The translations under genes and the position numbers were made by a program. Below are positions 27,301-37,400 of a stretch of 64,000 bases of DNA, one piece after another (position 1 is the stretch's first letter; every line of letters starts with the position of its first letter). Source of the DNA: a virus (lineage: Duplodnaviria > Caudoviricetes); IMG/VR virus record IMGVR_UViG_3300027760_000553, positions 35,583 through 99,582 of that record, one strand, 5' to 3'. The notes beneath the pieces were generated by a model that was given only the letters and a program-made list of their open reading frames with translations, had not been told where the DNA came from and did not search any database.

Positions 27301-27628
27301 TAATCTTATTTAAATTCTCTAAACCAATTTGATTCTTGGCGAGAAGAACTATATGGTTGTAGACTAGATCTAGATCTCCATCTCTTTCAGACTTATCTCT
27401 AGTATCAAATCTATCTTTACACATATAGCCTTCTACGCCAAGTATAGGCTTAATACCCTTTGCTTTTGCAATACGGTGCAGTTCCCTATGCCCAGATAAA
27501 GTACCGTGATCAGTGATGGCTATTGCTGGCATCCCTAACTCAACTGCACGGTCAATGTATTCTTCTGGAGTAGCAATCCCGTCAAATAACGAGTAGTGGG
27601 TATGTACGTGTAAGCCTACGTAAGACAT
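24356..27628 (-). CDS. dnaE: DNA polymerase III alpha subunit
   Basis: PHP motif HVHTHYSLFDG/TDHG, GPGRGSAAGS, PDIDTD, GIHAAG, KIDALGL, YSFNKSH; no intein visible. Confidence 0.97.
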   Translation of the reverse strand: MSYVGLHVHTHYSLFDGIATPEEYIDRAVELGMPAIAITDHGTLSGHRELHRIAKAKGIKPILGVEGYMCKDRFDTRDKSERDGDLDLVYNHIVLLAKNQIGLENLNKISEISWTEGYFKKPRFDFEILEKYSEGIIVTSACPSSVLVKALENNEFAIAKDYIQWFKRVFNDDYYIEVMPHNEAEINKQLIQLADEFGVKVVVTPDCHHSSTDQKEIQEFKLLLNTHVKIDKEHTFEKSKKHSDMMKRLDYLYGEDRQITFNKFDIHLLSYEEMKSAMEAQGIDRPDIYKNTLEVAEKVGDYGIQEGLDLLPVQYKNPDKELKELALAGLTERGVDGQEYLDRLDEELQVIKDKKFAPYFLVVRNMIAWAKKEGIMVGPGRGSAAGSLLCYALRITDIDPIKHGLLFFRFINPDRNDFPDIDTDIQDSRREEVKDYLVRQYRHVASIATFLSFKDKGVVRDIARVLNIPLTDVNKVLKMVDTWDEYCGSKTTREFREKYPEVEIYGEQLRGRIRGTGIHAAGVVTSKDPIFRYAPMETRSSTGSDERIPVVAVDMEEAEKIGLIKIDALGLKTLSVLKDTLDIIEERDNKKIDLLKIDMDDKNVYQMLSDGYTKGVFQCEAAPYTNLLIKMGVKNLSELAASNALVRPGAMNTIGKDYIERKHGRQNIGYTHQVLKEFTEDTYGCILYQEQVMQACVSLGGMSMSEADKVRKIIGKKKDAKEFDVFKDRFVEGASRFVAPNTARDLWHDFEAHAGYSFNKSHAVAYSTLSYWTAWLKYHYPLEFMYSLLKNEKDKDARTEYLIEAKRMGISIKLPHINDSDIDFKIEGKGIRFGLTAIKYISDKIAERYISARPFSSYAQLEEFTFTKGNGVNSRALQALRVIGAATFSDNPRNDEEIKQNLYEYLNLPEFNITVPSHYYGFITEAQDYEEKGSLIVMGMVKSIKRAKGWSRVELLDKTGSVGIFDEEQTTIEAGVSYLILVNDNRILSAIPIDQIKGSTSGLVKFLNYKQLPYKDNEMFVLSFKPRVTKAGKKMASLTVADTARDLHSITVFPTSFAKAYMKIEEGNAYRFELGKTKDGTVILEDINVS

Positions 27629-27631
27629 CTA

Positions 27632-28285
27632 TTACCAGTCGATGTTGGTGCTGGTAACAGAAGGTGTGTCAAATCCAAAGTAGAACGCTTCTTGCTCTGG
27701 ATATGGAACCTCACGAACAACCTTTTCTAGGTTGAAGAATTCAAAGCCATCCCAATTGAATGGCTCTGCATCTGGCTTTGATGGTAGAAGTGTGTAATTA
27801 GTTTCAGTTCCCTGACCATTACGCTTTAACTTCCACTCAAGATTAGAGATGCTACCTGTATCAAGAGCATACTCACGAATGTTATTAAATGCTGATTGCT
27901 TTGAAATTCCTTGTGACCAAACAGCAATATATGGATCTTCAAGTCCATCGTTGATTAGTACATTGCAGTAAAAACGAAGTCGTGCTCTCCAGCCTGACTT
28001 TGGTTCTTTACGTGCCATCTCACAACCGAAACAACGACCTTCTGATTCTTGTGTACAAGCAGCCTTACGCTTGTAGTCCTTTGGATTTGTGTGTTCTGAA
28101 ACTACTACAGAAAGGCCACGGGCTTCTGAATAGTTTGCTGAGTCCTGGTCTAGTTCTTCAACAAAACGAACTTTTCCTGATTGTCCGTCAGCCAACTTAA
28201 CCCAACGAACCTTTTGTCCTGTTCCTTCATACTTTGGTTTTTCGAGCAGGGCGTTGATATCTTTTAATCCCTTAATTACGCTCAT
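27632..28285 (-). CDS. Single-stranded DNA-binding protein (gp32-like)
   Basis: Zn ligands H...C...CxxC, KRNGQGTETNY, acidic/aromatic C-terminus; lies between primase and DnaE. Confidence 0.7.
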   Translation of the reverse strand: MSVIKGLKDINALLEKPKYEGTGQKVRWVKLADGQSGKVRFVEELDQDSANYSEARGLSVVVSEHTNPKDYKRKAACTQESEGRCFGCEMARKEPKSGWRARLRFYCNVLINDGLEDPYIAVWSQGISKQSAFNNIREYALDTGSISNLEWKLKRNGQGTETNYTLLPSKPDAEPFNWDGFEFFNLEKVVREVPYPEQEAFYFGFDTPSVTSTNIDW

Positions 28286-28308
28286 ATATTTCTCCTTTGT
28301 TTGTTATA

Positions 28309-29253
28309 TTAGTTTAGCATAGAGATAATGTCTTTGTCAAATGAAACTTCCAATTTCTTGATATCTTCATCTGACATATCACCAATATCTTTATATTCTT
28401 TATTTAATTGTATAACGGAAACACGAGAACCAAGTTTTTCAATTATCTTAGTTTTCATATTTCCTCCCGCTTCATCATTATCTGCAATAACAATAATGTT
28501 ATTAAAATATTTTTGAAGCAATTCTATTTGTAGATTTGATACATTGGATCCAAGTGTAGCAACTGCTGGAAGTCCTACCTGGTCTAAACGAATAGCATCA
28601 AATGACGACTCAACTACATACACCCTATCTGCAGTCTTTACACGATTTAAATTAAACAATGTTTTTGCTTTTGGCAATCCTGGAGTATTCTTAAACTCTT
28701 TACCCTCAATTGATCTTCCAACAAACCCAACTGACATTCCATCTGGACTATGCACAGGAACTGTAACCATGTCTTGTTTTTCAGAATATCCAAGAGAAAA
28801 CTTAGACCATGAGGATGTAGATATTTTTCTATACTTAAAATAATCTTTGGGTCTATCTGATGCAAGTAATCCATTATGTAAACGCTTAATGATTAATTCA
28901 TCAAACGGAACAAAGTCTGGCTTTGTCACAAGTTTTTGATTGATGTCACGCTCTAGATCTTGCTGAGTTTCTTTTGTTTTAATAAATCTAATAGACTCAA
29001 AATAAGATCTTCCAGAGGTATGCATTACAAATTCTACAAGGTCTGCAACATGATGACAGGAAAAACAAAAGAAGGTACCATTATTCTTATCAATTTCTCC
29101 AGCAGGGGTCCTATTGTTATTATGGTAAGGACAAAAAATAATATAGTCTGAATCAACCTCAGACTCTACAGTTATGCCTGTTCCTGCGAGAACTCTTTTA
29201 ATTTGTTCTTTTGTATATGTATTGGCTTGTTTACGTCTATCCCTGCTATCCAT
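28309..29253 (-). CDS. dnaG: DNA primase (CHC2 zinc finger plus TOPRIM)
   Basis: CPYH...CFSC, GFVGR, VVESSFDA, ATLG, ADNDEAG. Confidence 0.92.
   Translation of the reverse strand: MDSRDRRKQANTYTKEQIKRVLAGTGITVESEVDSDYIIFCPYHNNNRTPAGEIDKNNGTFFCFSCHHVADLVEFVMHTSGRSYFESIRFIKTKETQQDLERDINQKLVTKPDFVPFDELIIKRLHNGLLASDRPKDYFKYRKISTSSWSKFSLGYSEKQDMVTVPVHSPDGMSVGFVGRSIEGKEFKNTPGLPKAKTLFNLNRVKTADRVYVVESSFDAIRLDQVGLPAVATLGSNVSNLQIELLQKYFNNIIVIADNDEAGGNMKTKIIEKLGSRVSVIQLNKEYKDIGDMSDEDIKKLEVSFDKDIISMLN
28311..28319 (-). promoter_or_regulatory. Extended -10 promoter TGCTAAACT upstream of ssb
   Basis: TGnTAnnnT followed by an AAAGGAG RBS. Confidence 0.5.
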
Positions 29254-29498
29254 TCGCTTTTCCTTTTCCCTGCGTATATTCCGTGTACTGATATTTTAAA
29301 TTCAAAATATTGCTTTTTTTCATTATAGTCTATAGTAAAATCTGGATCAATGTCAATTCTTGGTACATATCCACAGAGACGCATCTCTGAAACAAGTAAC
29401 CTTGTGTATTCACCCTTTAACCTACCAAGGGCAGATTCATCATGGATGATGCCATCCAAACTAAATCTTTTAATTGTCTTGTGGTGAAAATTTGACAT
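29172..29498 (-). CDS. Hypothetical protein
   Basis: ORF between helicase and primase; TATAAT-N5-ATG start. Confidence 0.6.
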   Translation of the reverse strand: MSNFHHKTIKRFSLDGIIHDESALGRLKGEYTRLLVSEMRLCGYVPRIDIDPDFTIDYNEKKQYFEFKISVHGIYAGKRKSEWIAGIDVNKPIHIQKNKLKEFSQEQA

Positions 29499-29510
29499 AC
29501 CATATTATAA

Positions 29511-30731
29511 CTACTTATCTTCATAATCTTTATATCTGTAGTATCCCTTGTCAAAATCAACCTGTACAAGGAAATCTCCCATAAACCCGTTACGGTTCTT
29601 TCTAAAAGCGCATTCAATAATATCACTATTTGATGCTCTACCAAGAGCAATAACCCAGTCTGCATCGTATGCAATCTGTCTAGACCATGCTGTTTGACCT
29701 AGTGTAGGGACCGTAGAAAGGTCATTGACATCATCTGGTGTAGCAGATGAGATAGCAATAATAGGAACCTCTTCACCAATAGCCATTAGTTTTAGTTCTC
29801 GTGAAAGATTCTTCATTCGTACTGTTTCATTGTCTGACTTCTGATTAGGAGCCATCAACTGAAGGTAGTCAACGATTACAAAGTCTGGTTTGTACTGATC
29901 AATCTTTCCACGAAGCACTGAGGGGTTAATCTCGCCACCTTGATCATTAGAAATAATATGAAACTCAGGCTTGCCCTGAAGGTTCTTTGCATGCCACGAT
30001 TTCAGCATGTCTAACTCAATCTCACCATTTGATATCTTTCTATGTGACCAAAGACCTTCACCCATGATTGTGAATACACGGTTACGCACTTCTGTTTCTG
30101 ACATCTCAAGTGAGATTACAAGGGGTGTCTTACCCTGTTTCCAGGCCTGTACAGCAAAGTATAGAGCCATCCACGACTTTCCTATACCTGGGTATGCTAA
30201 AAAGACTCCTAGTTGACCTGGCATAATTCCTGCTGGAAGATAGTTGTCAAATCCTGGAAGATTAGTTTTAATTCCAACCTTGCCAAGTGCCTGCTGCTCT
30301 TTCATATTTTCAAAGTATGCGATTGCGGATTCAAGATCTGTTACATCAATATCACGAATTGCGGAAGTATTCTTTTTTAATTCTGATGTTTGTGTAATGA
30401 GTAAATCTAAAGCCTTTACTCCCTCACCTTGCTGAACATCTGTAGCAGCAGAACGAAGAATATCCTTTAGGCTATCGTTTAGGTATTCTGTTTGAAGTTC
30501 TTCTAAGTGGTGCTTAGTTGCTCCTACACCTTGGATGGGTTCAAAGTCTCTAAATTTTTCAACAACCAAAGATACTGGAGGTACTGCAGAATTATGCTCA
30601 AAATAATTTCTTACAAAATTCCAAACATCATTATGGGTTCTAAGAAGGTTGTCTATATTTGCTTGAAGCAAAACATGAACTTGCTTATCTTCAAGAACTG
30701 CAGTGATCAATTTTGCTTCTGTATTATTCAC
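29511..30731 (-). CDS. dnaB: DnaB-like replicative helicase
   Basis: AYPGIGKS, SLEMS, VDYLQLM, SRELK, YDAD, KNRNG. Confidence 0.95.
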   Translation of the reverse strand: MNNTEAKLITAVLEDKQVHVLLQANIDNLLRTHNDVWNFVRNYFEHNSAVPPVSLVVEKFRDFEPIQGVGATKHHLEELQTEYLNDSLKDILRSAATDVQQGEGVKALDLLITQTSELKKNTSAIRDIDVTDLESAIAYFENMKEQQALGKVGIKTNLPGFDNYLPAGIMPGQLGVFLAYPGIGKSWMALYFAVQAWKQGKTPLVISLEMSETEVRNRVFTIMGEGLWSHRKISNGEIELDMLKSWHAKNLQGKPEFHIISNDQGGEINPSVLRGKIDQYKPDFVIVDYLQLMAPNQKSDNETVRMKNLSRELKLMAIGEEVPIIAISSATPDDVNDLSTVPTLGQTAWSRQIAYDADWVIALGRASNSDIIECAFRKNRNGFMGDFLVQVDFDKGYYRYKDYEDK

Positions 30732-31032
30732 TTAACCACTCCTTAGCCATTCTTCTTCTTTCCGCTCTTTCTTTATCATCCTGTTGCTTATCTAGTCTTG
30801 CTTGTAATATTTTTTCTGCATTGTACGCAAAGTAATTCCAAGAAGGAGACTGAGCGACACCAAAGTAGTACTCAAGAAGATCGTAGCACTGTCCTATTCC
30901 GTATGACTCAATAAGGGCATCTGAAGCCCATTGCTCTACATTTAAATTTAACGATGGCTTTTGCTCATATTTTGCAGTATGGAACTTGCTGTAGCGTGAA
31001 AGCAAAGCCATTCGGTCTTTGCGTTCTGCCAT
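30724..31032 (-). CDS. Hypothetical protein
   Basis: Clean ORF coupled to dnaB. Confidence 0.65.
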   Translation of the reverse strand: MAERKDRMALLSRYSKFHTAKYEQKPSLNLNVEQWASDALIESYGIGQCYDLLEYYFGVAQSPSWNYFAYNAEKILQARLDKQQDDKERAERRRMAKEWLSE

Positions 31033-31238
31033 TATTCTGCGATTTCAGACTTTGCTTCGTTAATCTTTTCAGTTAACTTATCTTCTACAAACTTGTAAAC
31101 ACGCTCAAAAGCATCGTTTGTATTTTCACCTTCACGCTTAGAATCAATCACATTAAGATCAATCCTTAGTGACTGAAAGTTACCAAGGTTAAGTGTATAC
31201 CCCAAAGTAACTCCAACTTTAGTGTCTTCGTTTTGCAT
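31032..31238 (-). CDS. Hypothetical protein
   Basis: TLGYTLNLGNFQSLRID motif; ATG 31238 after AAGGGG. Confidence 0.7.
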   Translation of the reverse strand: MQNEDTKVGVTLGYTLNLGNFQSLRIDLNVIDSKREGENTNDAFERVYKFVEDKLTEKINEAKSEIAE

Positions 31239-31255
31239 TTCATACCCCTTTATTA

Positions 31256-31798
31256 TTAAATAGATTCTCCCCAAATAGGGATAAACCTTCCATCTTCAGT
31301 TCTTGTATATGTAATTATACCGTCCCCCATCCGTCTTGTCAACTCTTGTGTGGATGGTGTAATATCATTTGTTATTAAATTGTCTTTTCTTGGTCTACCA
31401 ATATGGTACGTAGCAAGTATATCACGTATCTCCCGTACTTGCGATTCTGAGTAATATGATCTAACCTGAAACCCCCTTGCTCCGCCTTTTTGTGATCCAG
31501 TAGGGAAAGGAATGATTCCTCGTTTCATTAGTGATGGCATATATTTTTTATGACGATTAACTAAATCAGCAGTCTGACCTACAGTATATGCTCGTTCACG
31601 ATTTTTTTTAAAATCATTAATTAAACAACTTTCAATTTGGTCTTTTGTAATATTATAAACAGACATAATGCCATTAGACCTGTTGAGGTGATGGACTCTA
31701 ACTAGATCACCATTCAAAAACCAAACCTTTTTGTTACCAGGAATTACAGGGGAGAGATTGTAGTTTTCGCTCTCAATTTTTCCTTTTCTAGTAGCCAT
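31256..31798 (-). CDS. MerR-like HTH DNA-binding protein
   Basis: AYTVGQTADLVNRH...GIIP...RSYYSE winged-HTH pattern. Confidence 0.65.
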   Translation of the reverse strand: MATRKGKIESENYNLSPVIPGNKKVWFLNGDLVRVHHLNRSNGIMSVYNITKDQIESCLINDFKKNRERAYTVGQTADLVNRHKKYMPSLMKRGIIPFPTGSQKGGARGFQVRSYYSESQVREIRDILATYHIGRPRKDNLITNDITPSTQELTRRMGDGIITYTRTEDGRFIPIWGESI

Positions 31799-31935
31799 CG
31801 CCCCTCTTTTGATTGCTCAGGTGGATTAAAAAATTTTCTAGATCCACAGTACATACAGTATGTTTCTAAATGAGAAACTGAAGTATACTGTCTATCAACA
31901 AACATTCTTTTATTACATCTATCACACTTAATCAT
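31744..31935 (-). CDS. Small zinc-ribbon protein
   Basis: CxxC...CxxCG. Confidence 0.65.
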   Translation of the reverse strand: MIKCDRCNKRMFVDRQYTSVSHLETYCMYCGSRKFFNPPEQSKEGRWLLEKEKLRAKTTISPL

Positions 31936-31938
31936 TAT

Positions 31939-32382
31939 TTAGTTAGGTATTCCAATAATTATAATATTTACATCAACCGACATATCACCAGTTGTACCAA
32001 ATCTTACAATTCCATCAACCTTAGAGGTTGTTATATTTTTTAAAACTACGGATACATTTTTACCAGCATCTGTTCCACCAGTGTTAACTGGGGTTGCTGT
32101 TGCAATAGGTGCATACTTAAAGTCTGTTGGGAAATCATATGAGAATGATACTTCTGTTCCTGCTTGTCTTGTTGAACTGTTTACTACATTTACATACCCG
32201 CCAATAATTCTAGCCTCAGAAGCCTTGACGCTTTGCTTTCCAACACCAGGGGTGTCCACTGTAACATATTTATATGTTGCTGGAGATATCTGTGATGATA
32301 GATCGTTTATGGTGTTTGCTAATTGATAAATGTAAGCAACATCTAATGGTTGCCCTCTTTCTGGTAAAGGTAATTTTGCCAT
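31939..32382 (-). CDS. Putative tail fibre / minor tail protein (H-type-lectin-like C-terminus)
   Basis: FSYDF...F...P...T...V.....IIIGIP; last gene of the tail module. Confidence 0.55.
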   Translation of the reverse strand: MAKLPLPERGQPLDVAYIYQLANTINDLSSQISPATYKYVTVDTPGVGKQSVKASEARIIGGYVNVVNSSTRQAGTEVSFSYDFPTDFKYAPIATATPVNTGGTDAGKNVSVVLKNITTSKVDGIVRFGTTGDMSVDVNIIIIGIPN

Positions 32383-32391
32383 GGTTATATA

Positions 32392-32400
32392 ATTATACCA
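32392..32400 (-). promoter_or_regulatory. Extended -10 promoter TGGTATAAT
   Basis: Exact consensus 9 nt upstream of ATG 32382. Confidence 0.6.
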
Positions 32401-32833
32401 CTAAGTCAATCTCGTTGGATTCAAAAAGTGTGGCAGAATTGAATCTTTCTTTTGGAAAGGTTGGTATCTGTGCTGCAATTTTCACCTTTGTGGCACCATT
32501 TTTAATTACACTAGCATAGATTGTTGAATATACAGTTGTTATATATTTCCATTCTTCATTATCCCATTTAACATAAATATCAAACTCTGACCTTATAGTA
32601 TTATCTGGTGTCCAAACTGCTGTTATAGTTGAACCAGATTTAGTCACAGAAAAAGGTACAGTGGTTGTATTTGGTATGGCGACTCTATATTTTTGTGACC
32701 AATAAGAATATCTATTTTTATCATCACTGACAATTCTGTATCTAACCACATAGTCTTGTCCAACACCAGATATTTCTGGCAATGAGGATTTTGGAATAAT
32801 AACCTTTTTTATTATAGAATTTTCTTGTGCCAT
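32393..32833 (-). CDS. Putative minor tail protein (FN3-like)
   Basis: YVVRYRIVSDD.NR.S.WS; beta-rich; position in the tail module. Confidence 0.55.
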   Translation of the reverse strand: MAQENSIIKKVIIPKSSLPEISGVGQDYVVRYRIVSDDKNRYSYWSQKYRVAIPNTTTVPFSVTKSGSTITAVWTPDNTIRSEFDIYVKWDNEEWKYITTVYSTIYASVIKNGATKVKIAAQIPTFPKERFNSATLFESNEIDLVV

Positions 32834-33990
32834 TATTGAACATCCAAGGCAAACCTAAATTCAATATAGTTTGTTGTGTTTGCAGATTTTACAATAGTTG
32901 CTGCATCTTTATTTTTAATAACAGAATATCCAGTCATTCCATAAAGTGGGTTTGACGAACTTGTATTTTCAAGTTTTAAAGCATCTAAAGCAATATAAAA
33001 GTTATCTGTTGGGCTGCCATTGTCTGTGACACATGCATAAATCTTAACAACATCAACCTGACTCCATGTAAAGCCAGAACTCTTATATAATTCTTGTAGT
33101 TGTTTTGTTGCTACAACATATCTATTTGTAGAAAAATCGTGTTGACCTACTCCAGTTCCATTATTAATATTTACTTGAAATCTTGCAAATTGACCGACAA
33201 GCGAATCAGATGAAGAAAACTCTACCATTAGTCTAACATTATCTGGAACAATCGTTGACTCTCCGTCTTTGTTAACTACCGAAAAAGACAGTTTGATTTC
33301 ATCAGTTGGCGAGTTTCTGTTAAAGTCTAGTATTGCACCAGTTAAATGTATGTGCTCTGAGTTGTTTCCTATTACAAGATTGCCAGATCCATCAGCAGTT
33401 AGCGTAGAAGAATTTCCTTTAAGCATAATTGTATTATTTAAAAATCTGCATCTTTCATACCTTAAAACTCTTCCTTGATCTGTAAAAATTCTGTTATCTG
33501 CGTTTGTTTGAAAAACTTTTGCAACAACCTGAGATCCTTCTCTTGTAGCCATAACATCACTAATTATATTGTTTGAATCATTGTCTAGTGGTGTATACTT
33601 TACTGGAATTTGGTATGCACCCTGGGCATTGTGGTGTTCCCAATTTTCATCTTGTGTAAAAGCATAAATAGATTTACTATCATAGGCACCTGCAGCAGTA
33701 TTAGATCCCGCAGAAAAAATACCAACTTCGCTAATCTCATATCTTTCTTCACTTGGCAATTCTGCAGTTAAAACAATTTTTGTAATTCCATCTTCGCTTA
33801 CATAACCCCTTGAAGTAATTGGTACACGAAACATCTCAAAATCAAGTCTTTCTTTATCTGAGTAATCCCCAAGAACTCCATCAGAGTTCAAAGGCTTTGA
33901 ACCGCAGCCAATAGCAATATACGAAGCATAGGCAGAAGCCTGACCAAGTAGATATTTGGCTAAAATATTTTTTCCAGTATTAGTAATCAT
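32833..33990 (-). CDS. Minor tail / baseplate protein
   Basis: MITNTGK.IL..YL, IAIG.G, EISEVGIFS resemble tail-collar-fibre N-termini. Confidence 0.65.
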   Translation of the reverse strand: MITNTGKNILAKYLLGQASAYASYIAIGCGSKPLNSDGVLGDYSDKERLDFEMFRVPITSRGYVSEDGITKIVLTAELPSEERYEISEVGIFSAGSNTAAGAYDSKSIYAFTQDENWEHHNAQGAYQIPVKYTPLDNDSNNIISDVMATREGSQVVAKVFQTNADNRIFTDQGRVLRYERCRFLNNTIMLKGNSSTLTADGSGNLVIGNNSEHIHLTGAILDFNRNSPTDEIKLSFSVVNKDGESTIVPDNVRLMVEFSSSDSLVGQFARFQVNINNGTGVGQHDFSTNRYVVATKQLQELYKSSGFTWSQVDVVKIYACVTDNGSPTDNFYIALDALKLENTSSSNPLYGMTGYSVIKNKDAATIVKSANTTNYIEFRFALDVQ

Positions 33991-34478
33991 TGTTGCACCT
34001 CATATATTGTATCATTAAAAAATTTTCCATTTCTTAGTATTTGAACTTCTACTTGCTCATCATCCTCTACATTTACTAGTTCAATAACTAGATTTCCCGT
34101 AGCCTCATCGATGTAAACTGTTGATCCATTTTGTCCTGTTCCAGTAGTTGGAACTTTGTTTGCTGCATTAATTGGAAATTTTTTAAAATAGTTCTCAGAT
34201 GTATCTTGTAGGGCCAAAATATTTTGCGGATTATACTGATAGTTAATGCTTGCCAAATTTTTAATTGGTTGATAAATAATATCCTGACCATTAACAATGT
34301 CAGTTCTGGATATATTAATAATTTCTTGACCACCTATATCTTCAAAGATAAGGTCAGTCATTACCTCTAAAGGTGTTTCATCATAACTTGTAATTATAAG
34401 GTTGGTGGTTGCAGCAAGTACCCCTGCATCTGCGTTAGATGCAGTAGTATCTGGTGTAAGTGGTATTGCACTTGCCAT
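33987..34478 (-). CDS. Minor tail protein
   Basis: Position within the tail-tip operon. Confidence 0.55.
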   Translation of the reverse strand: MASAIPLTPDTTASNADAGVLAATTNLIITSYDETPLEVMTDLIFEDIGGQEIINISRTDIVNGQDIIYQPIKNLASINYQYNPQNILALQDTSENYFKKFPINAANKVPTTGTGQNGSTVYIDEATGNLVIELVNVEDDEQVEVQILRNGKFFNDTIYEVQQ

Positions 34479-34479
34479 A

Positions 34480-37400
34480 TTAAATTTCGCTCAGATAAAC
34501 AGTCATATCTGGCCCTCCAGAACTTTTAGCATACTCTATATTATATACTACAAACCTAGAGTTAGATGATGATATTTGATTTACTGAGTCTTTATCCTTA
34601 TAGTCAATAGTGACAACATCTCCTAGTTGAACGGTTGGTGTTGCAAAAACCTTAAGACTAACAGATTTTCTTGGCTTAACAACTTTATTGACAATCCACT
34701 CCATTAGCCTGTTTGCGTCATCTTGTGTTTGTATGTATGGTGTTTCTAATGAAAAATCTTTTTTACCATAGGTAATTCTGCTTACTTTAATGTCTTGATA
34801 ATCATTATCATATTTTATAGGAGATTTTAATAGTGTTGATCCGCTTAGTTGAGGATTTGAAAAATCACTATTTTTATTAAAATACTCATCCATTGTCAAT
34901 TGGTGTTGTGACTCTTGTGTAAAAGTTATACCTTGAATTCTTAAGTAATTGCCAGTTGTCTCATCTAGGCTTAGTGCGGTATCTGTTGCATTGAATATTA
35001 AAAATTCTGCTCCATAAGATCCTGCTCTAAATCCAGATACTGTATACCCCTTAACCTTATTAAATGTTGGAGACAGTTTTGCATATAATGCTGGATAGGC
35101 CTTGTCATAACGAATATTAAAGTATGCTGCTTCTCTCATAATGGTACCAAATTCTTCAAAGTACATATTATATTGTGGTGGCTGAGACGGATTAATACCA
35201 GATAAATAGGTTGATTGAACAATACCACTCATTGCATATTTTCTGAATGATTCATTTGCATCTATCTCAGAATCATTAATCGCTGACATAACTGGTGTAT
35301 CAAGAGCAAAGGTTGTATTTTGACTATAATTATTTGTTAATGCGTAGATATTTTCAAACATACATCTTGCAGATCCTCTTACAAACATAGCCATATTGTT
35401 ATATACTGGCAAAGGAGAAGTATCGTCAACAGTTGCAACAAGTTTGTTGTTTATATATAAGTAGAACCTTCTACTGTTTCCAATATTTCTATACTCAACT
35501 GCTAAATCATATACCGTTGGATTTTGCTCGCCAACCATTCTGTATTGACCAGTAAACTTTCCATCGTCAACTGTTATGCTTGCAAGACCACCCCAAAGTT
35601 TAACTGGTATAGCATCGGATGTGGCAGAGTCACGCTTTATCTTATAAAAGATTACATTGTGAAGATTTTCAGCAGATTTATTATAACTACTGACGTTATT
35701 TTCTGTTAGTGCTAAAATTTCAAAATAGTATCCAACATTTGTTGTTGGATTTAGCATAACGGCTAATCCGCCCGAACCAGCACTAATATTAATATTTTGA
35801 TCTGGAGAATTACCAGTTACCACAAAGTATGTATCACTACCAATTGGAGTCTGACCACGGTTCTGGTTATTTTCAATTTTACCAACAATTCTCATTCTTG
35901 TACCAAAATGTTTAAATGAGTCTGTCAATGGTTTATGTACATACGAAATAAAGTCAATGCCCTTTTGAGTAGTTGTAAAAGATGGACCATTTAAAATAAA
36001 TGCAGACGACTGGATTGTTCCAGTTTGAGTTGTTTTAAGTTTATTAAAATCTTTTTCTGTGCCATAATATTGAGACAAGAAATTTTTCATAATTCCTGAT
36101 CTATTGGATTGAGTTGCCAAATCATTGCTAACTCCTGCTGCAAGATTGTCTAATGTTAAAAGTGAAATCTTTGCATCTGCTTCAGTTTTACTTGCAAGAC
36201 TAAACAAATAATCAGACTTCATTGAGCAGCCACGAACATTTGCATTATCGGACCAGTATGAATTTAAACCAGCATTGTGCTTTAGAACACTTGTGCCAAA
36301 CTGACCTCTACCGTGCTTTGCTACTTCTCCATTTTTTAATTTAGTGATTCCATTTATAGTTTGATAATTTGGATATGAATAAATTCTCACCAATCCTGTT
36401 GGATAGATCTTTCCATTATGACTTAGTTTGGAAAAATAGTTTTGATAATCAGTTACACTTGTAATCCATACATTGCCAATACCGCTGACACTATACTGAA
36501 CTGCATCATATTTTATGATTTCTCCATTTGCATAAAAATATCCATTGTATCTTGAAAGCCAATAAATGCCCTCTCCTAAATCCATTGTATTATTAATCAT
36601 TATATTATTAGAAACGCTTGGAAGTGTATCGGATAAATCAGAGTTAAGCGGTATAGCACCCAAAACATAACTAGACTGCTTATTTGCTTGATCATTGATA
36701 GACTTTGTGTTATCGTCCCCAGCAACTTCCCATAATAATACTGGTTTGTATATCCATGTTTTTTCCTGATCAACAATACTTGCTTGCCTAATTGATCCAT
36801 ATGTCTTTTGAATGTATCTTGTTTTATAGTTAATGCTTCCATCATTAAAAATTTCATTATTTTGAGAGTTGATAGAAATTATGTTTGCAAGTTTTTCATT
36901 GGTAGTTTTGTTATTAATTGCACCTTCTTCAATAAAATCTTTGGTACCATAAAATTCAAAATCAGTTTCTCTTTCTGACTCTTTTGGAAGAATGTAATTT
37001 TTACTCATCATTACAAAATTATTATATTCATCAAAGAACATTGCTGTCTGTGTTGATATCGCTAATTGATTTAATAGTTCAGCAACGCTAGTGTCTGGCG
37101 GAATAAAGAAGTATGGAATAATCTGATCAACTTCATCATCTACTCTTTTAAATGAATAGTTGGTAAAACCAATTGAATCTAAAAGTGTTGAGACTGCATA
37201 ACTAAGAGACACATTTGTAACTAGCAGTTGTGGGGCATTGATTGATTCTAGGTAAAAGAATAGATCTCTTAATTTTAAAGAAACTTGTCTTGTTTCATTG
37301 TTTGACTCTGGAAAACCTTCTGTATACATTGTCTTAATTGGAACAAAATAATCATACCCATTTACATTCATAATTATTTCATAAAACTTAACTTGTATAT

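Noticed and set aside
24356-27628. Possible intein or intron in DnaE (also checked TerL, DnaB, RecA)
   Set aside because: Lengths are ordinary and no intein C...HN or LAGLIDADG motifs are seen
29417-29674. Alternative-frame minus-strand ORF across the dnaB end
   Set aside because: Overlaps two better-supported genes and has no recognisable motif
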